Under the pieces are notes generated by a model, which was given only the letters and a program-made list of their open reading frames with translations, had not been told where the DNA came from and made no database searches. From a virus (taxonomy: Duplodnaviria; Caudoviricetes), in IMG/VR virus record IMGVR_UViG_3300049564_000008, positions 1-42,567 of that record: 42,567 bases of DNA; one strand, 5' to 3'. Positions 8,476-17,354 of this stretch are shown piece after piece (position 1 is the stretch's first letter; each line of letters starts with the position of its first letter). A program made the position numbers and the translations under genes.

Positions 8476-10112
8476 TGTAGCGCCCTCAATAGGTCAAGCA
8501 GCGTCTCTTCCTCATGGTTGAGGTAGAGAAGCACGGCTTCCTCGTCGTCGTTCTGTTTGGCTTCTTCGACTTTCGCCTTCCGAACAATACCCTTGGCGGC
8601 CTGCACTATGCGCTGCGGCTCGAGCTTCGGATCGAACCTCGGCGCATAAAACGCGCTCGCCAATGGCCCGTGATAATTCGTAACAAAAGGTGCCGGCTTG
8701 GTTTCGAACGGACTTACCGGCTGGCTTTCCGCGACGGCCTTGAGGAAAGCCTCGAGTTCCTCGAGTTCTTCCTCGTAGAGCTTGCGCCTTCCCTTGATAG
8801 GCCAGCGACGGTAACGGCCGCCTTCCTCGCCGAGTGCAGCCGAGGTTGCGGTGGCCAGAAGGGTATCGTTGGCCTCGACGACGTTCAGGTCGATGGTATT
8901 GGAAACAGCCGCAAGCAGTCCGGCTGTCCTTCCAACCCAGTTGTTCAGGCTGGAAAGAGCCGCCCGCGGATCTGCCTCCGGGAGCGACCAGTTGGTGACG
9001 ATGCCCGGGAAGAAATTGATCCCGACACCGCGATACGAACCTTGTGCCCAGTTCTGTGCCGCGTTGCCTATGACCGGAAGGCGCGGGTTGGACTGGTCGA
9101 TCTGTGTGAACGGCTTGGGCCCGGGCGGAGCCGCAAGCAGCGCATTCGACTGATTGATCCAATCCCGCAGCCAGACCGGAGCCTGACGCGGGATCGACCA
9201 TTCCGGACCGGCCGGTGGTTTGGCCGTAAGTGCGAGCGATGCGCTGCCGGTCCACTGCGGGAAGGCAAGTGACAAGCGCTGCGGGTTTGACTGGTCTGCC
9301 TGCGTAAACGGTCGCGACGGAGGTGCAGCTGCCGCTACTGGCGGCGGGCTTTGTATCCAGTTCTGCAACGCGATCGGTTGCGGCCGTACCTCTGGTAGCG
9401 ACCAAACTGTGACGATGGACGGGAAGTAGTAGGTGGGGACGCCAAAATACGAACTCTGCGTCCAGTTCTGTACCGCGTTGGATATGACCGGTAGACGCGG
9501 GTTGGACGCTTCTGCCTGCCCGGGCGGCTTTGGAGATACTGGTGTACGCAGCGCGCCAGGAATGCCGACCCACGAATGAATCCCGGCATCGTACTGGAGC
9601 GGCCAGCGTTTGCAGATGAACGGATCGCGGAAGACATAATCGACGGCAAGAGGAGACCTGTTACTCCAGCTCAGATCTCTCGGTGTGGGAACGTCCGGCG
9701 GCGGCCAGCCAGTGACGAGGCTGGGTAAATAGTAAATCCCGATTCCAAAGAACGGCGCCTGGACCCAGTTCTGTACTGCGTTCGACGTGACTGAACGCGG
9801 GTTTGATCGGTCAACCTGCGTGAACGGCAGGCCTCCCCCCGACTGCATGAGGCCGAACTGATTGACAAAGCTCCTTTCAAATCCTGGTTGTCGTTGCGGA
9901 TTGGACTGGTCAACCTGCGTGAATGGCAGATGCGTTGCTGATGTGAGCAACAACGTATTGGCTTGCGTATAGCTCGCAGGCCAGGTCGGTACGAACGGTG
10001 GACCCCAGTCCGCGACGGCGCAAGGCAGATAGACGGTACTATCTAGTCCGATTCCTGCTGTGATACCGAAGCGAGGTACGTGCCTGGGGAACGAGCTGCC
10101 GATGCCTGCCAT
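8472..10112 (-). CDS. Pro/Trp-rich repeat protein, 546 aa
   Basis: Recurrent PFTQxDxSNP and NAVQNW..S(Y/F)FG...(F/L)PS(I/L)VT.W..P units; charged C-terminus ending DDEEAVLLYL...; overlaps the next gene's start. Confidence 0.7.
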   Translation of the reverse strand: MAGIGSSFPRHVPRFGITAGIGLDSTVYLPCAVADWGPPFVPTWPASYTQANTLLLTSATHLPFTQVDQSNPQRQPGFERSFVNQFGLMQSGGGLPFTQVDRSNPRSVTSNAVQNWVQAPFFGIGIYYLPSLVTGWPPPDVPTPRDLSWSNRSPLAVDYVFRDPFICKRWPLQYDAGIHSWVGIPGALRTPVSPKPPGQAEASNPRLPVISNAVQNWTQSSYFGVPTYYFPSIVTVWSLPEVRPQPIALQNWIQSPPPVAAAAPPSRPFTQADQSNPQRLSLAFPQWTGSASLALTAKPPAGPEWSIPRQAPVWLRDWINQSNALLAAPPGPKPFTQIDQSNPRLPVIGNAAQNWAQGSYRGVGINFFPGIVTNWSLPEADPRAALSSLNNWVGRTAGLLAAVSNTIDLNVVEANDTLLATATSAALGEEGGRYRRWPIKGRRKLYEEELEELEAFLKAVAESQPVSPFETKPAPFVTNYHGPLASAFYAPRFDPKLEPQRIVQAAKGIVRKAKVEEAKQNDDEEAVLLYLNHEEETLLDLLRALQ

Positions 10113-10132
10113 CGGTTCGCCCTGTCATCTCA

Positions 10133-10669
10133 TCAGTTGAGTGACCGCCATGTGTGCCATTTGGGAATGACGGATGGCGCGACGGAGAACGTGACGCCTA
10201 TCCACAGCGCACTGGCAACCGAGACATCGACCGATGCGGTGGCCGTTCCTCCAACCATGACCTCAGTCACGCTCGCGGCCGTTGCCACTGCCCCGCCTGA
10301 AGACCAGTTGCCACTGCCGTAGACGACCGAGTTGGCGCCCGGCAAGCCCACCGCACGGAAGATCATGTAGTAGCGAAAGATGAACGGCGCGGTCGTGATG
10401 CTGGGAACAACCGTTTGCGCGCCGGAAGCGCCGATCGAAACACCGCCGATCACTGTGCCGAACCGCGGCGTAATGGTCAGCGTCCCAGACGCGCCTGTCG
10501 TGCAAGTGCCGCCGATCAGCAGTTCGTAGACCTTGCCGGTGCGCGGTTCGTTGGCGGGAATCGGTGTCAGCGCAGTTGGGATCAGCACCGTCTCGGTCGT
10601 CGCCGTGATCGTCGTGTAGTCAACGCCCAGCGGCTCGACGAGCATATCGGCGAAGTACTGGCGCGACAT
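10133..10669 (-). CDS. Putative virion structural protein, 178 aa
   Basis: AAGGA RBS; T/G/V-rich beta composition; inside the structural cassette. Confidence 0.65.
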   Translation of the reverse strand: MSRQYFADMLVEPLGVDYTTITATTETVLIPTALTPIPANEPRTGKVYELLIGGTCTTGASGTLTITPRFGTVIGGVSIGASGAQTVVPSITTAPFIFRYYMIFRAVGLPGANSVVYGSGNWSSGGAVATAASVTEVMVGGTATASVDVSVASALWIGVTFSVAPSVIPKWHTWRSLN

Positions 10670-10678
10670 GATATTTCC

Positions 10679-10804
10679 TTACATGCAAATCTGGGCGAAC
10701 AGGGTGGGGCCGCCGCAGCACAGCGTCTGCCCGATATCGTCAACCCAGCACGTCACACCGAGGTCATCCACGAAGCAGGAGATGCCAAGGTCATCGACCA
10801 GCAT
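10679..10804 (-). CDS. 41-aa Cys-rich triple-repeat peptide (not in ORF track)
   Basis: MLVDDLGISCFVDDLGVTCWVDDIGQTLCCGGPTLFAQICM; ATG directly follows the upstream TAA; the ORF fills the gap and its stop overlaps the next RBS. Confidence 0.7.
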   Translation of the reverse strand: MLVDDLGISCFVDDLGVTCWVDDIGQTLCCGGPTLFAQICM

Positions 10805-12973
10805 TTAGGTCACCGTCCATGTTCCGACGACGGACTTCGCAACCCATTTGGTGGCGTCGATGCCGTTGTGGGTTTCGATATCTCTACCGCCGTCGATACA
10901 GGTAAGTTCGATGTAATTGCCGATAGTGCTGGCGGCCACCGTTCCGTTTGATACAGACACCGAACCGGCAACGCGAATGGTGCAACCGTTGGAAGCCTGA
11001 ACCGTCAATGTCTGTGCGGCTCCCACATAGAAGCCGAAGGTAGTCCCTCGCTTGAACGCATCCTGCTCGTTGAGGTTCGGAAGGGTGAATGTCACAGCTC
11101 CAGATGCCCCAATGTTGTCAAACTGCGAGCCAGAAAGAAATCGTGGAATGGCGTAAGTGCTGCTCGTCTTGGTGACGCGACGCTCAACGTATTGAGATAT
11201 CAACCCGGCCGGGGAACCTGAGCCACGGTAATAGTTGACTGACAGGCTGTCATCAAAGTTTCCGGGATGAATAATTCCGCCACCGGAGTATGTGCGCGTA
11301 TGCGTTCCAGACTGCGAGCCGCTCGTAGTGATTGCCGTGCCGCCAGGAGTTGCGGAGATTGAATACGTGCTGCCGGTAAGCACCGTCTTGACGTAGTAAG
11401 TCGTACCCGCCGTGATGCCAGTTGGCAGCACGCCTGTGGTCGAGAAGGAGACCGGAGCATTAGCTACGAAGCCGTGCGATGTGTCGCCAACCACGCCCCC
11501 CGGAATGGTGAAGGTAACGGTCGCCGTGATCGGCGTGTAGGTTCCAGCAAATGTCGACCCCTGGAGGTCCAGATAGTGAGCGCTCGTACGCGTATGCGTG
11601 CCAGACTGCGAGCCGGTGGTGGCAATCACAGTTCCACCGGGCGACGCGCTGACCGTGTAGGTATCTACGGTGCTTACCGTCTTGACGTAGTAAGTCGTGC
11701 CCGCCGTGATGCCGGTTGGTAGTGCTCCCGTGGTCGTGAACACAACCGGGGTGTTGGCTGTAAGACTGTGCGCAATATCAGTAATCACACCCGGCGACGC
11801 AATGCTGGTCAAAACGGTTGCCGTGCTCGGTATGCGAGTGGCGGTCCACTCGCCGTTGGCAGCGGTTACTCCCCCAACGTCGTATACAGTAGCTCGGTCT
11901 CCGGTGATCCAGTAGTCGCCAGTGCTCGTCAGGCGGACTAGTCCGAAGCCGTTATCCGCCGCACCAGTAACAAAGGCGGTGCCGCGGTCAAAGTTGCAGC
12001 CAATAATAGTGCGGTCGCCGTGATCGCTCGTGTTCCCAATCTTGCCCGCGTAACTTTGGCAATTGATCAGGGTCACCGACCCGTTCACGTCCTTGAGAAA
12101 AAACCCCACACCCGCGGACTGGTTGCAGCTTTCAACGTTCCAAGTGCCGATGCCCGTAATGAACGTCGCACTTTCCGTCCTGCATGCCATCACGTTCGTG
12201 ACGGTGTTTGAGTTGGCCTGAATATCAACCGTGTTGCCTGCGAAAGAACACTGTTGGATATTCTCGATGGCTCCCGTCTGAATGTAGATGCCAATCCCGC
12301 AATTTGAAATCGAGCATCCAATTACAGAGACATCCAGCATATTTCCGTTGGAGGACTTGATCCCGGCAGTCGCGCAATTCTGTATCGTACAGCCGATGAT
12401 CAGGTCTTCGGAACCCATGTAACCATTGGGGCCAAGGTCCAGTCCGTAATCTCCAGTCATGAGGCAGTTCTGGAAGACATTGCGCGTAAGGGCTGGCGAG
12501 CCGGTGTTGTCCCACCCGAGCGAGAATGCAACGCTGCTACTGCCCGCCGCTACCTGAAAGCCCATATCCCGAAATGTCGTTCGCGAGCAGCCATTCGTCT
12601 GAATGCAAGTGCTTCCGGTCGTCGTGTTGTAAATGAGAGATAACAGCGTTCCCGCCCCAAAGATGAGGCCGGATTCCACGCTTCGCAGGGTCAACGGAGC
12701 GTCGGTTATGTATTTCCCCGGCGGGAAATAAACGGCCTTGTTGGCATAATACCCGCTCGATGGAGGACTATCGGCGCCCCCATGCGGCGATGCCGTCGTG
12801 CCAAACGCGGCATCGAACGCCGCCTGAATCGCCAGCTTGTCGTTGTCAGTACCGTTGCCCTTGGCGCCATAGTTCTTGACGTTGATGATATTGGTCAGCG
12901 CCAGATAGTCGCCAATCGGACGCGGGATAGATCCGTGCGGCGTGACGGACGCCGTAATGAGATTGGCGGTCAC
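10805..12973 (-). CDS. Tailspike/depolymerase-like protein: pectate-lyase-3-like beta-helix plus duplicated C-terminal modules, ~722 aa
   Basis: INVKNYGAKGNGTDNDKLAIQAAFDAA...AVYFPPGKY is the classic N-terminus; Asn/Cys beta-helix repeats follow; GTG start at 12973 overlaps the upstream TAG. Confidence 0.8.
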   Translation of the reverse strand: MTANLITASVTPHGSIPRPIGDYLALTNIINVKNYGAKGNGTDNDKLAIQAAFDAAFGTTASPHGGADSPPSSGYYANKAVYFPPGKYITDAPLTLRSVESGLIFGAGTLLSLIYNTTTGSTCIQTNGCSRTTFRDMGFQVAAGSSSVAFSLGWDNTGSPALTRNVFQNCLMTGDYGLDLGPNGYMGSEDLIIGCTIQNCATAGIKSSNGNMLDVSVIGCSISNCGIGIYIQTGAIENIQQCSFAGNTVDIQANSNTVTNVMACRTESATFITGIGTWNVESCNQSAGVGFFLKDVNGSVTLINCQSYAGKIGNTSDHGDRTIIGCNFDRGTAFVTGAADNGFGLVRLTSTGDYWITGDRATVYDVGGVTAANGEWTATRIPSTATVLTSIASPGVITDIAHSLTANTPVVFTTTGALPTGITAGTTYYVKTVSTVDTYTVSASPGGTVIATTGSQSGTHTRTSAHYLDLQGSTFAGTYTPITATVTFTIPGGVVGDTSHGFVANAPVSFSTTGVLPTGITAGTTYYVKTVLTGSTYSISATPGGTAITTSGSQSGTHTRTYSGGGIIHPGNFDDSLSVNYYRGSGSPAGLISQYVERRVTKTSSTYAIPRFLSGSQFDNIGASGAVTFTLPNLNEQDAFKRGTTFGFYVGAAQTLTVQASNGCTIRVAGSVSVSNGTVAASTIGNYIELTCIDGGRDIETHNGIDATKWVAKSVVGTWTVT
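11291..11810 (-). repeat. Two diverged copies of a ~75-codon module (LPTGITAGTTYYVKTV...SGSQSGTHTRT)
   Basis: Copies at about 11291-11516 and 11585-11810 share near-identical DNA, e.g. ACCGTCTTGACGTAGTAAGTCGT. Confidence 0.85.
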
Positions 12974-13803
12974 TAGAACGGCCCCCAATAGGCGGTCTGG
13001 TTGGTATCGAGCGAGGCAAAGCTGGCGCTCGTATCACTGCCCCATATTCCGCCTTCTACAAAGTCCATGTCGCCGAACAGGACCGTGCCGTTATATGACC
13101 CGATGCTGATGTTGCTGGATGATAGAGTATTTGTCCCGGCATCTCCCGTCACCACCGTACCGCTAGCACTAATCTTGGATGCGTTTGTGCCAGATTTTGC
13201 CAACGATTGCAGGGTATAAAATTTGACTGTTGCCAGTGTGACCTGAACGCTTGTACCGGCGAATATATCAGCGTTACCGGAGTTTCCGAAAGAGAGATCA
13301 ACCTCGGCGTTATTGCACGAGATGATTTCGCTGTTCGCGGCATTTATCCCTGGTCTTGCTACGGCAGTATGACATAGCGGTTGTGACTGGGTGAATGCGG
13401 CGCCGCTGTATTTTAGCCATAGCTGTGAGCCGATCACGAAAGTCATGATCGGGAAGCCATTCAAAGCGTTCAGCGTGAATATCGGCCTGTTGGCATCCGT
13501 GGGCTGCGTAACATCGTAGGTATTGCTGCCGCTGGCCTGATCGTAGAGCGTCACGACCTTGTACGTGGACCCGTTGAAGAACGCATTGCCCGTATCGAGA
13601 TTGCCGTTTGCCAGCGTCGAGATGTCAGCCTGTACAGTGTCGGCGCGGATGAGCTTCACGGCCTTGGTTCCAGCAGTCGCCGCGCTCCACGCGCGCAGAG
13701 ACCATCCCATCAAAGCGCCGGCTACGACATCGCCGGGGCCTTGATATGCCGGACCGGCAGAAGGCAGCGCTATCGGCCCCCTGACGGAGAACGTGACCGG
13801 CAT
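12973..13803 (-). CDS. ConA/LamG-like (arabinofuranosidase-B-like fold) carbohydrate-binding virion protein, 276 aa
   Basis: WSLRA..., VVTLYDQASG...DVTQPTDANRPIF and ISIGSY...GDMDFVEGGIW motifs. Confidence 0.55.
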   Translation of the reverse strand: MPVTFSVRGPIALPSAGPAYQGPGDVVAGALMGWSLRAWSAATAGTKAVKLIRADTVQADISTLANGNLDTGNAFFNGSTYKVVTLYDQASGSNTYDVTQPTDANRPIFTLNALNGFPIMTFVIGSQLWLKYSGAAFTQSQPLCHTAVARPGINAANSEIISCNNAEVDLSFGNSGNADIFAGTSVQVTLATVKFYTLQSLAKSGTNASKISASGTVVTGDAGTNTLSSSNISIGSYNGTVLFGDMDFVEGGIWGSDTSASFASLDTNQTAYWGPF

Positions 13804-13825
13804 CTAAACCACCGCCGACTGGTCT

Positions 13826-14335
13826 CTATAGCGGCTCATAAATTATGTCAGCCGAGATAGCACCCGATGCACTGCCGGTGAATGCCGACAATACGGCAAT
13901 GCCGAGCGGCTGCGTGCTGCCGAGAATACTAAACTCCTGCCCCGGCCCGGCATTGTATTTGAGAATGCCGCCAAACGTGTTGAGGCCAAGGTTGATCTTG
14001 GCGTCCGTTGTCGCCGCCGAGCGTGACGGGTTGGTCGTCGACGTCGTCGTGAACGTAACGGGAACTGCAGCCAGGGCCGCCGTGGACGGATGCAGCGGAC
14101 CATCCGAGGCAGGCGCCGCAAGTGCGGTCACTCCGGTCGGACCAGTCGTGCAGCGTGCAAATGTCAGCAATGCGATTGCCGACGCCGCGGCAAAGCCACT
14201 GATCATGAACTCGAGCACGTTGATGAGTTGCGTCGAGCTACCGCCCTGGATCGCCATATACGGTCCGGTGAGCGCGGTCGTGTCCGCGTTAGCGGCCGGC
14301 GTCCAGTTCTGATTGGTGAATATGCGCTTCGCCAT
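13826..14335 (-). CDS. Putative virion structural protein, 169 aa
   Basis: TAAGGAG RBS; A/T/G-rich composition; structural cassette. Confidence 0.65.
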   Translation of the reverse strand: MAKRIFTNQNWTPAANADTTALTGPYMAIQGGSSTQLINVLEFMISGFAAASAIALLTFARCTTGPTGVTALAAPASDGPLHPSTAALAAVPVTFTTTSTTNPSRSAATTDAKINLGLNTFGGILKYNAGPGQEFSILGSTQPLGIAVLSAFTGSASGAISADIIYEPL

Positions 14336-14345
14336 GATTGGCTCC

Positions 14346-14699
14346 TTACTTCAGGATGGGAGGAAGAACCAAATGAGCATCGGCCTGCGAATGCGCAGTT
14401 GATGTCATCACATCGTCCACGAGCTTTTTGAAGGGCCGGTGGACGTAGTCGGCCGCCCTCGCGTTCAGTGAGCAGATATCGCAAATGTATCCGTCGCACT
14501 TCGGGCAGTAGCCGCGCTCGCGTGTGCGCCGCGGGTTCATGATCGCATGCTGCTGGCAATGCAGGCAGACCAGCACCGCCGCCTCGAGCATCGTGCCCTC
14601 GGGCACCGCCGGCATGTTGAAACCAATGTTCCGATAGAAGTCTTCCGGCACGCCGGGCGAGGCCCGGTGATCGACCATCAGGTAGCTCTCGCGTTTCAT
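14346..14699 (-). CDS. Zinc-finger protein, 117 aa
   Basis: CLHC...CPKC.GYICDIC; starts immediately after the upstream stop. Confidence 0.65.
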   Translation of the reverse strand: MKRESYLMVDHRASPGVPEDFYRNIGFNMPAVPEGTMLEAAVLVCLHCQQHAIMNPRRTRERGYCPKCDGYICDICSLNARAADYVHRPFKKLVDDVMTSTAHSQADAHLVLPPILK

Positions 14700-15104
14700 C
14701 TACGCATTTCCCGCTGTGAGGGCGAACGTGTTGACTGTGACGGCCTGACCGTTGGCGATCGCGATGTTGTTCATCGTCATATCGCCGCCACCGCCCGTGA
14801 TCGTGATCGACCCCTGGATGTGACAGGCCAGCGCGCCGCTATCGTAGATCCGGAACGATGCCGCCGTACCGTTGGCGCTTCCCGCCCCGACCCACGACCC
14901 GAGCTTGGCCTTGGTTCCGCCCGCCGCCGCGGCCATCCAGTCAATCGGCAATGTCAGGGTAGCCAACAGCCCGGCAGGGTCAGCCGCCGCACAGTTGACC
15001 GGCTCTGCGCCGCTGAACAGCCTTAGAAGCGCGCCCGTCCCTATCGTGCTCTCGACCTGGTCGAGCTTCGCGTTTCGCACCGTCACCGAATACTGGTAGG
15101 TCAT
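14700..15104 (-). CDS. Putative virion structural protein, 134 aa
   Basis: YSVTVRNAKLD...LRLFSGAEP...GTAASFRI...QGSIT type of small phage structural protein; ATGA overlap with the portal stop. Confidence 0.65.
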   Translation of the reverse strand: MTYQYSVTVRNAKLDQVESTIGTGALLRLFSGAEPVNCAAADPAGLLATLTLPIDWMAAAAGGTKAKLGSWVGAGSANGTAASFRIYDSGALACHIQGSITITGGGGDMTMNNIAIANGQAVTVNTFALTAGNA

Positions 15105-17272
15105 TCAATGCCAACCAGAAGCCCCTTGCCGTCGCGAATGAGCCGCTTGGGCTTCGACAGCCGCTCGAGGATCTGCGCCACGTAGTCGGGCTTAGCCGGC
15201 TCGGGTTCAGGTTCTGGCTCCTCGGCCTTCGCCGCAGCAGCAGCCGCGTCCTGGGCAACGCCGGCCGCGGTCTTCTCCCGCGCGATCTGGATTTGTGCAG
15301 CGGCCTTCATGCTCTCGATACGCAACTGATGTTCGGCCTTGCGCTGCTCGATCGCCATCTGGCTCTGCGCCTGCGCGGCCTTTATCTGCGCATCAAACTG
15401 GGCCTGATCCTGCGCGTGCTGGCGATCGAATTGCGCCTCCTGCTGTTGGCGTTGCTGGTCGGCTGCGAACTCAGCCTGTTTGCGCTGGAACTCCATCTGC
15501 GCGTTCTGCTGGTCGAGCTGCTGCTGTGCCTGCAGCGCCAGGATCTTCGGGTCCGGAGGCGGCGGCTGCGCCTGTTTGGCTTGTATCTTCTTCAACATCA
15601 GGCTTTTTATCCGCGTCTCGAGCGGCGAAAGCTCGATCGCCAGTTCGGGGAATTGCATCGCAAACTGAGGTCCGAGCGCCTGCAACGTCGATGCCGAGTC
15701 AGCCTGCTGATTGATCGCGTCCGGGCCTTCGTCAACGATGAAATCAACATCCATGCTGCCGATCGCGTTCACGATCGCCGGATGTCCCCACTGATCGACC
15801 TGCAATTTGTTGATCTGGAAGAACTGCGCGATGTTCTGATCATCCGTCACCCTGATCCAGCGCTCAGCCGTCCAATGCTCGGTGATGATGTCCCAGATCG
15901 CGCGGTAGATGCGGATTTTCCAGTTTTTGAAGGCAGACAGATACGGCCCAAGCTCGGACATGCCGGCTTGTTGCAACAGGTTGATGGCCCGGCCAGATGA
16001 GTCCTCCAGCCCCTGCCCAATCAGCGCCGGATTAGGCCCAAAGTTCTCGATCTCGTTCTTGGCCTCCTGGAGCATCTCGAGCTGCCCTTTGAAGTCGGCA
16101 TACTTCGAGTTGTCGTCCGGCGTCATCGACAGGCCGGGATTGGTCTCGACCCAGCCGTCCGGCTTCGCCCATTCACGGCGGGCTATCTCGATGTCGTCAA
16201 CCGCGCCCTTCTCGCTGATGACACGGCGAGAGTTCAATAAATGCAGCGCCTTAGATCGCCGCATGTTGATCTCATCCTGTGGAGATTTGAAATTGCGGAT
16301 GAACCCGTAACGATCGCCGTCATGATCGACAGTTGCCGAGAACATCAAAAACCGCGGGAACGTCTTGCCCTTCTTATCGCGAAACGGACTGACGCCCTGC
16401 ATCATGACAGAGCTGCCGATGTAGAGCGTCCAGACCCATCTGCCTTTGCAGATGTACCAGTGATCCACCAGACGCAGGCGCTTCAGTGTTGTATTGACCC
16501 AGACCCGTTCGCGGTCCTGGTCGGCCGCCGACGTGATGTCCGAGCCTTCTTCCATCAAGTCATCGATCTCGGCCGCTTTGCTCGGGAGCAATTCCTTGGC
16601 TTGATCAACGTCCACCCATTTGGCAATTCCCATGTAACGCGCGTCGGTAAAACCCTCGTCAAACGATCGCGGATCGTAAAAGAACGTGTCCGCATAGACG
16701 AGGTGCATCGCAAGATCGGGATCGCCGTGGTCGCCCGGCTCGAGATCGAACTCAATGCCCGCAATGCCGTCAATGCCGCCGATCCGCGCGGCGCGCGTTG
16801 ACTTGGACCGCCAGTCGTTGTTGTCGAGGCAGTACCGCATGACAGCGGTCGCGACGTCCGCGCCCTGCTCGTGCTGCGGCGTGCGCGCATATGCCTTCGG
16901 GTCCTGGCGCAGCTTTTCGACAATGCCGACGACCGCGTTGATCTTGCGCTCGATGCGGTTGGACGTAACGACTGGTTGCTTGCGACGTTGCAGGACGGCG
17001 ATCTCCTGCTCGGTCCATTGGTCACCATGATAGTAGTGCCGCGCCTGCCGGGCTTCCTCGATCTCAGATGTCTTGGCGCCTAAATAATCGTAATATTGTT
17101 TTTTCAGTTTGGAGACAGACAGGAATTGTGTGTCGTCATCATTCGCAGATGATCCACCACCAGCCGTCATAGGCTCGGACGGATTAAGAGCCATCTGAAG
17201 GTTAGGGATATCCCGCGGGCCAGCAGGCGCGGGGACACCGCCTAAAAATCCGCGCCTGAGAGGATCGGCCAT
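15101..17272 (-). CDS. Portal protein (P22-like), 723 aa
   Basis: YYHGDQW...RRKQPVVTSNRIERKIN; PQDEINMRRSK; Q-rich C-terminal coiled-coil barrel; downstream of TerL. Confidence 0.92.
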   Translation of the reverse strand: MADPLRRGFLGGVPAPAGPRDIPNLQMALNPSEPMTAGGGSSANDDDTQFLSVSKLKKQYYDYLGAKTSEIEEARQARHYYHGDQWTEQEIAVLQRRKQPVVTSNRIERKINAVVGIVEKLRQDPKAYARTPQHEQGADVATAVMRYCLDNNDWRSKSTRAARIGGIDGIAGIEFDLEPGDHGDPDLAMHLVYADTFFYDPRSFDEGFTDARYMGIAKWVDVDQAKELLPSKAAEIDDLMEEGSDITSAADQDRERVWVNTTLKRLRLVDHWYICKGRWVWTLYIGSSVMMQGVSPFRDKKGKTFPRFLMFSATVDHDGDRYGFIRNFKSPQDEINMRRSKALHLLNSRRVISEKGAVDDIEIARREWAKPDGWVETNPGLSMTPDDNSKYADFKGQLEMLQEAKNEIENFGPNPALIGQGLEDSSGRAINLLQQAGMSELGPYLSAFKNWKIRIYRAIWDIITEHWTAERWIRVTDDQNIAQFFQINKLQVDQWGHPAIVNAIGSMDVDFIVDEGPDAINQQADSASTLQALGPQFAMQFPELAIELSPLETRIKSLMLKKIQAKQAQPPPPDPKILALQAQQQLDQQNAQMEFQRKQAEFAADQQRQQQEAQFDRQHAQDQAQFDAQIKAAQAQSQMAIEQRKAEHQLRIESMKAAAQIQIAREKTAAGVAQDAAAAAAKAEEPEPEPEPAKPDYVAQILERLSKPKRLIRDGKGLLVGIE

Positions 17273-17290
17273 CTGGTCGCCTTATGCAGA

Positions 17291-17346
17291 TGACACGGCG
17301 GGCCGGTTGCGGACCTGGCTTTTCGGGAGCTACCCTAGCCGTGCCA
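17291..17346 (-). ncRNA. Putative three-way-junction RNA in the portal leader
   Basis: Minus strand: TGGCACGGC-TA-GGG TAGCT CCC-GAAAA-GCCAGGT CCGCA ACCGGC-CC-GCCGTGTCA; a G.U pair in the outer stem favours the minus strand. Confidence 0.55.
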
Positions 17347-17354
17347 AACTCGGG

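Noticed and set aside
4029-9573. Long alternative-frame or antisense ORFs (4029..5219, 6326..7447, 8512..9573 and similar)
   Set aside because: Shadow ORFs of GC-rich real genes, with no motifs or RBS.
11291-11810. Duplicated segment as a DGR template/variable repeat pair
   Set aside because: No reverse transcriptase in the genome, differences are not adenine-specific, and both copies are in frame in one gene.
17291-17346. Hammerhead ribozyme call
   Set aside because: It has a GAAA linker but lacks the CUGAnGA core; kept only as an unnamed structured RNA.
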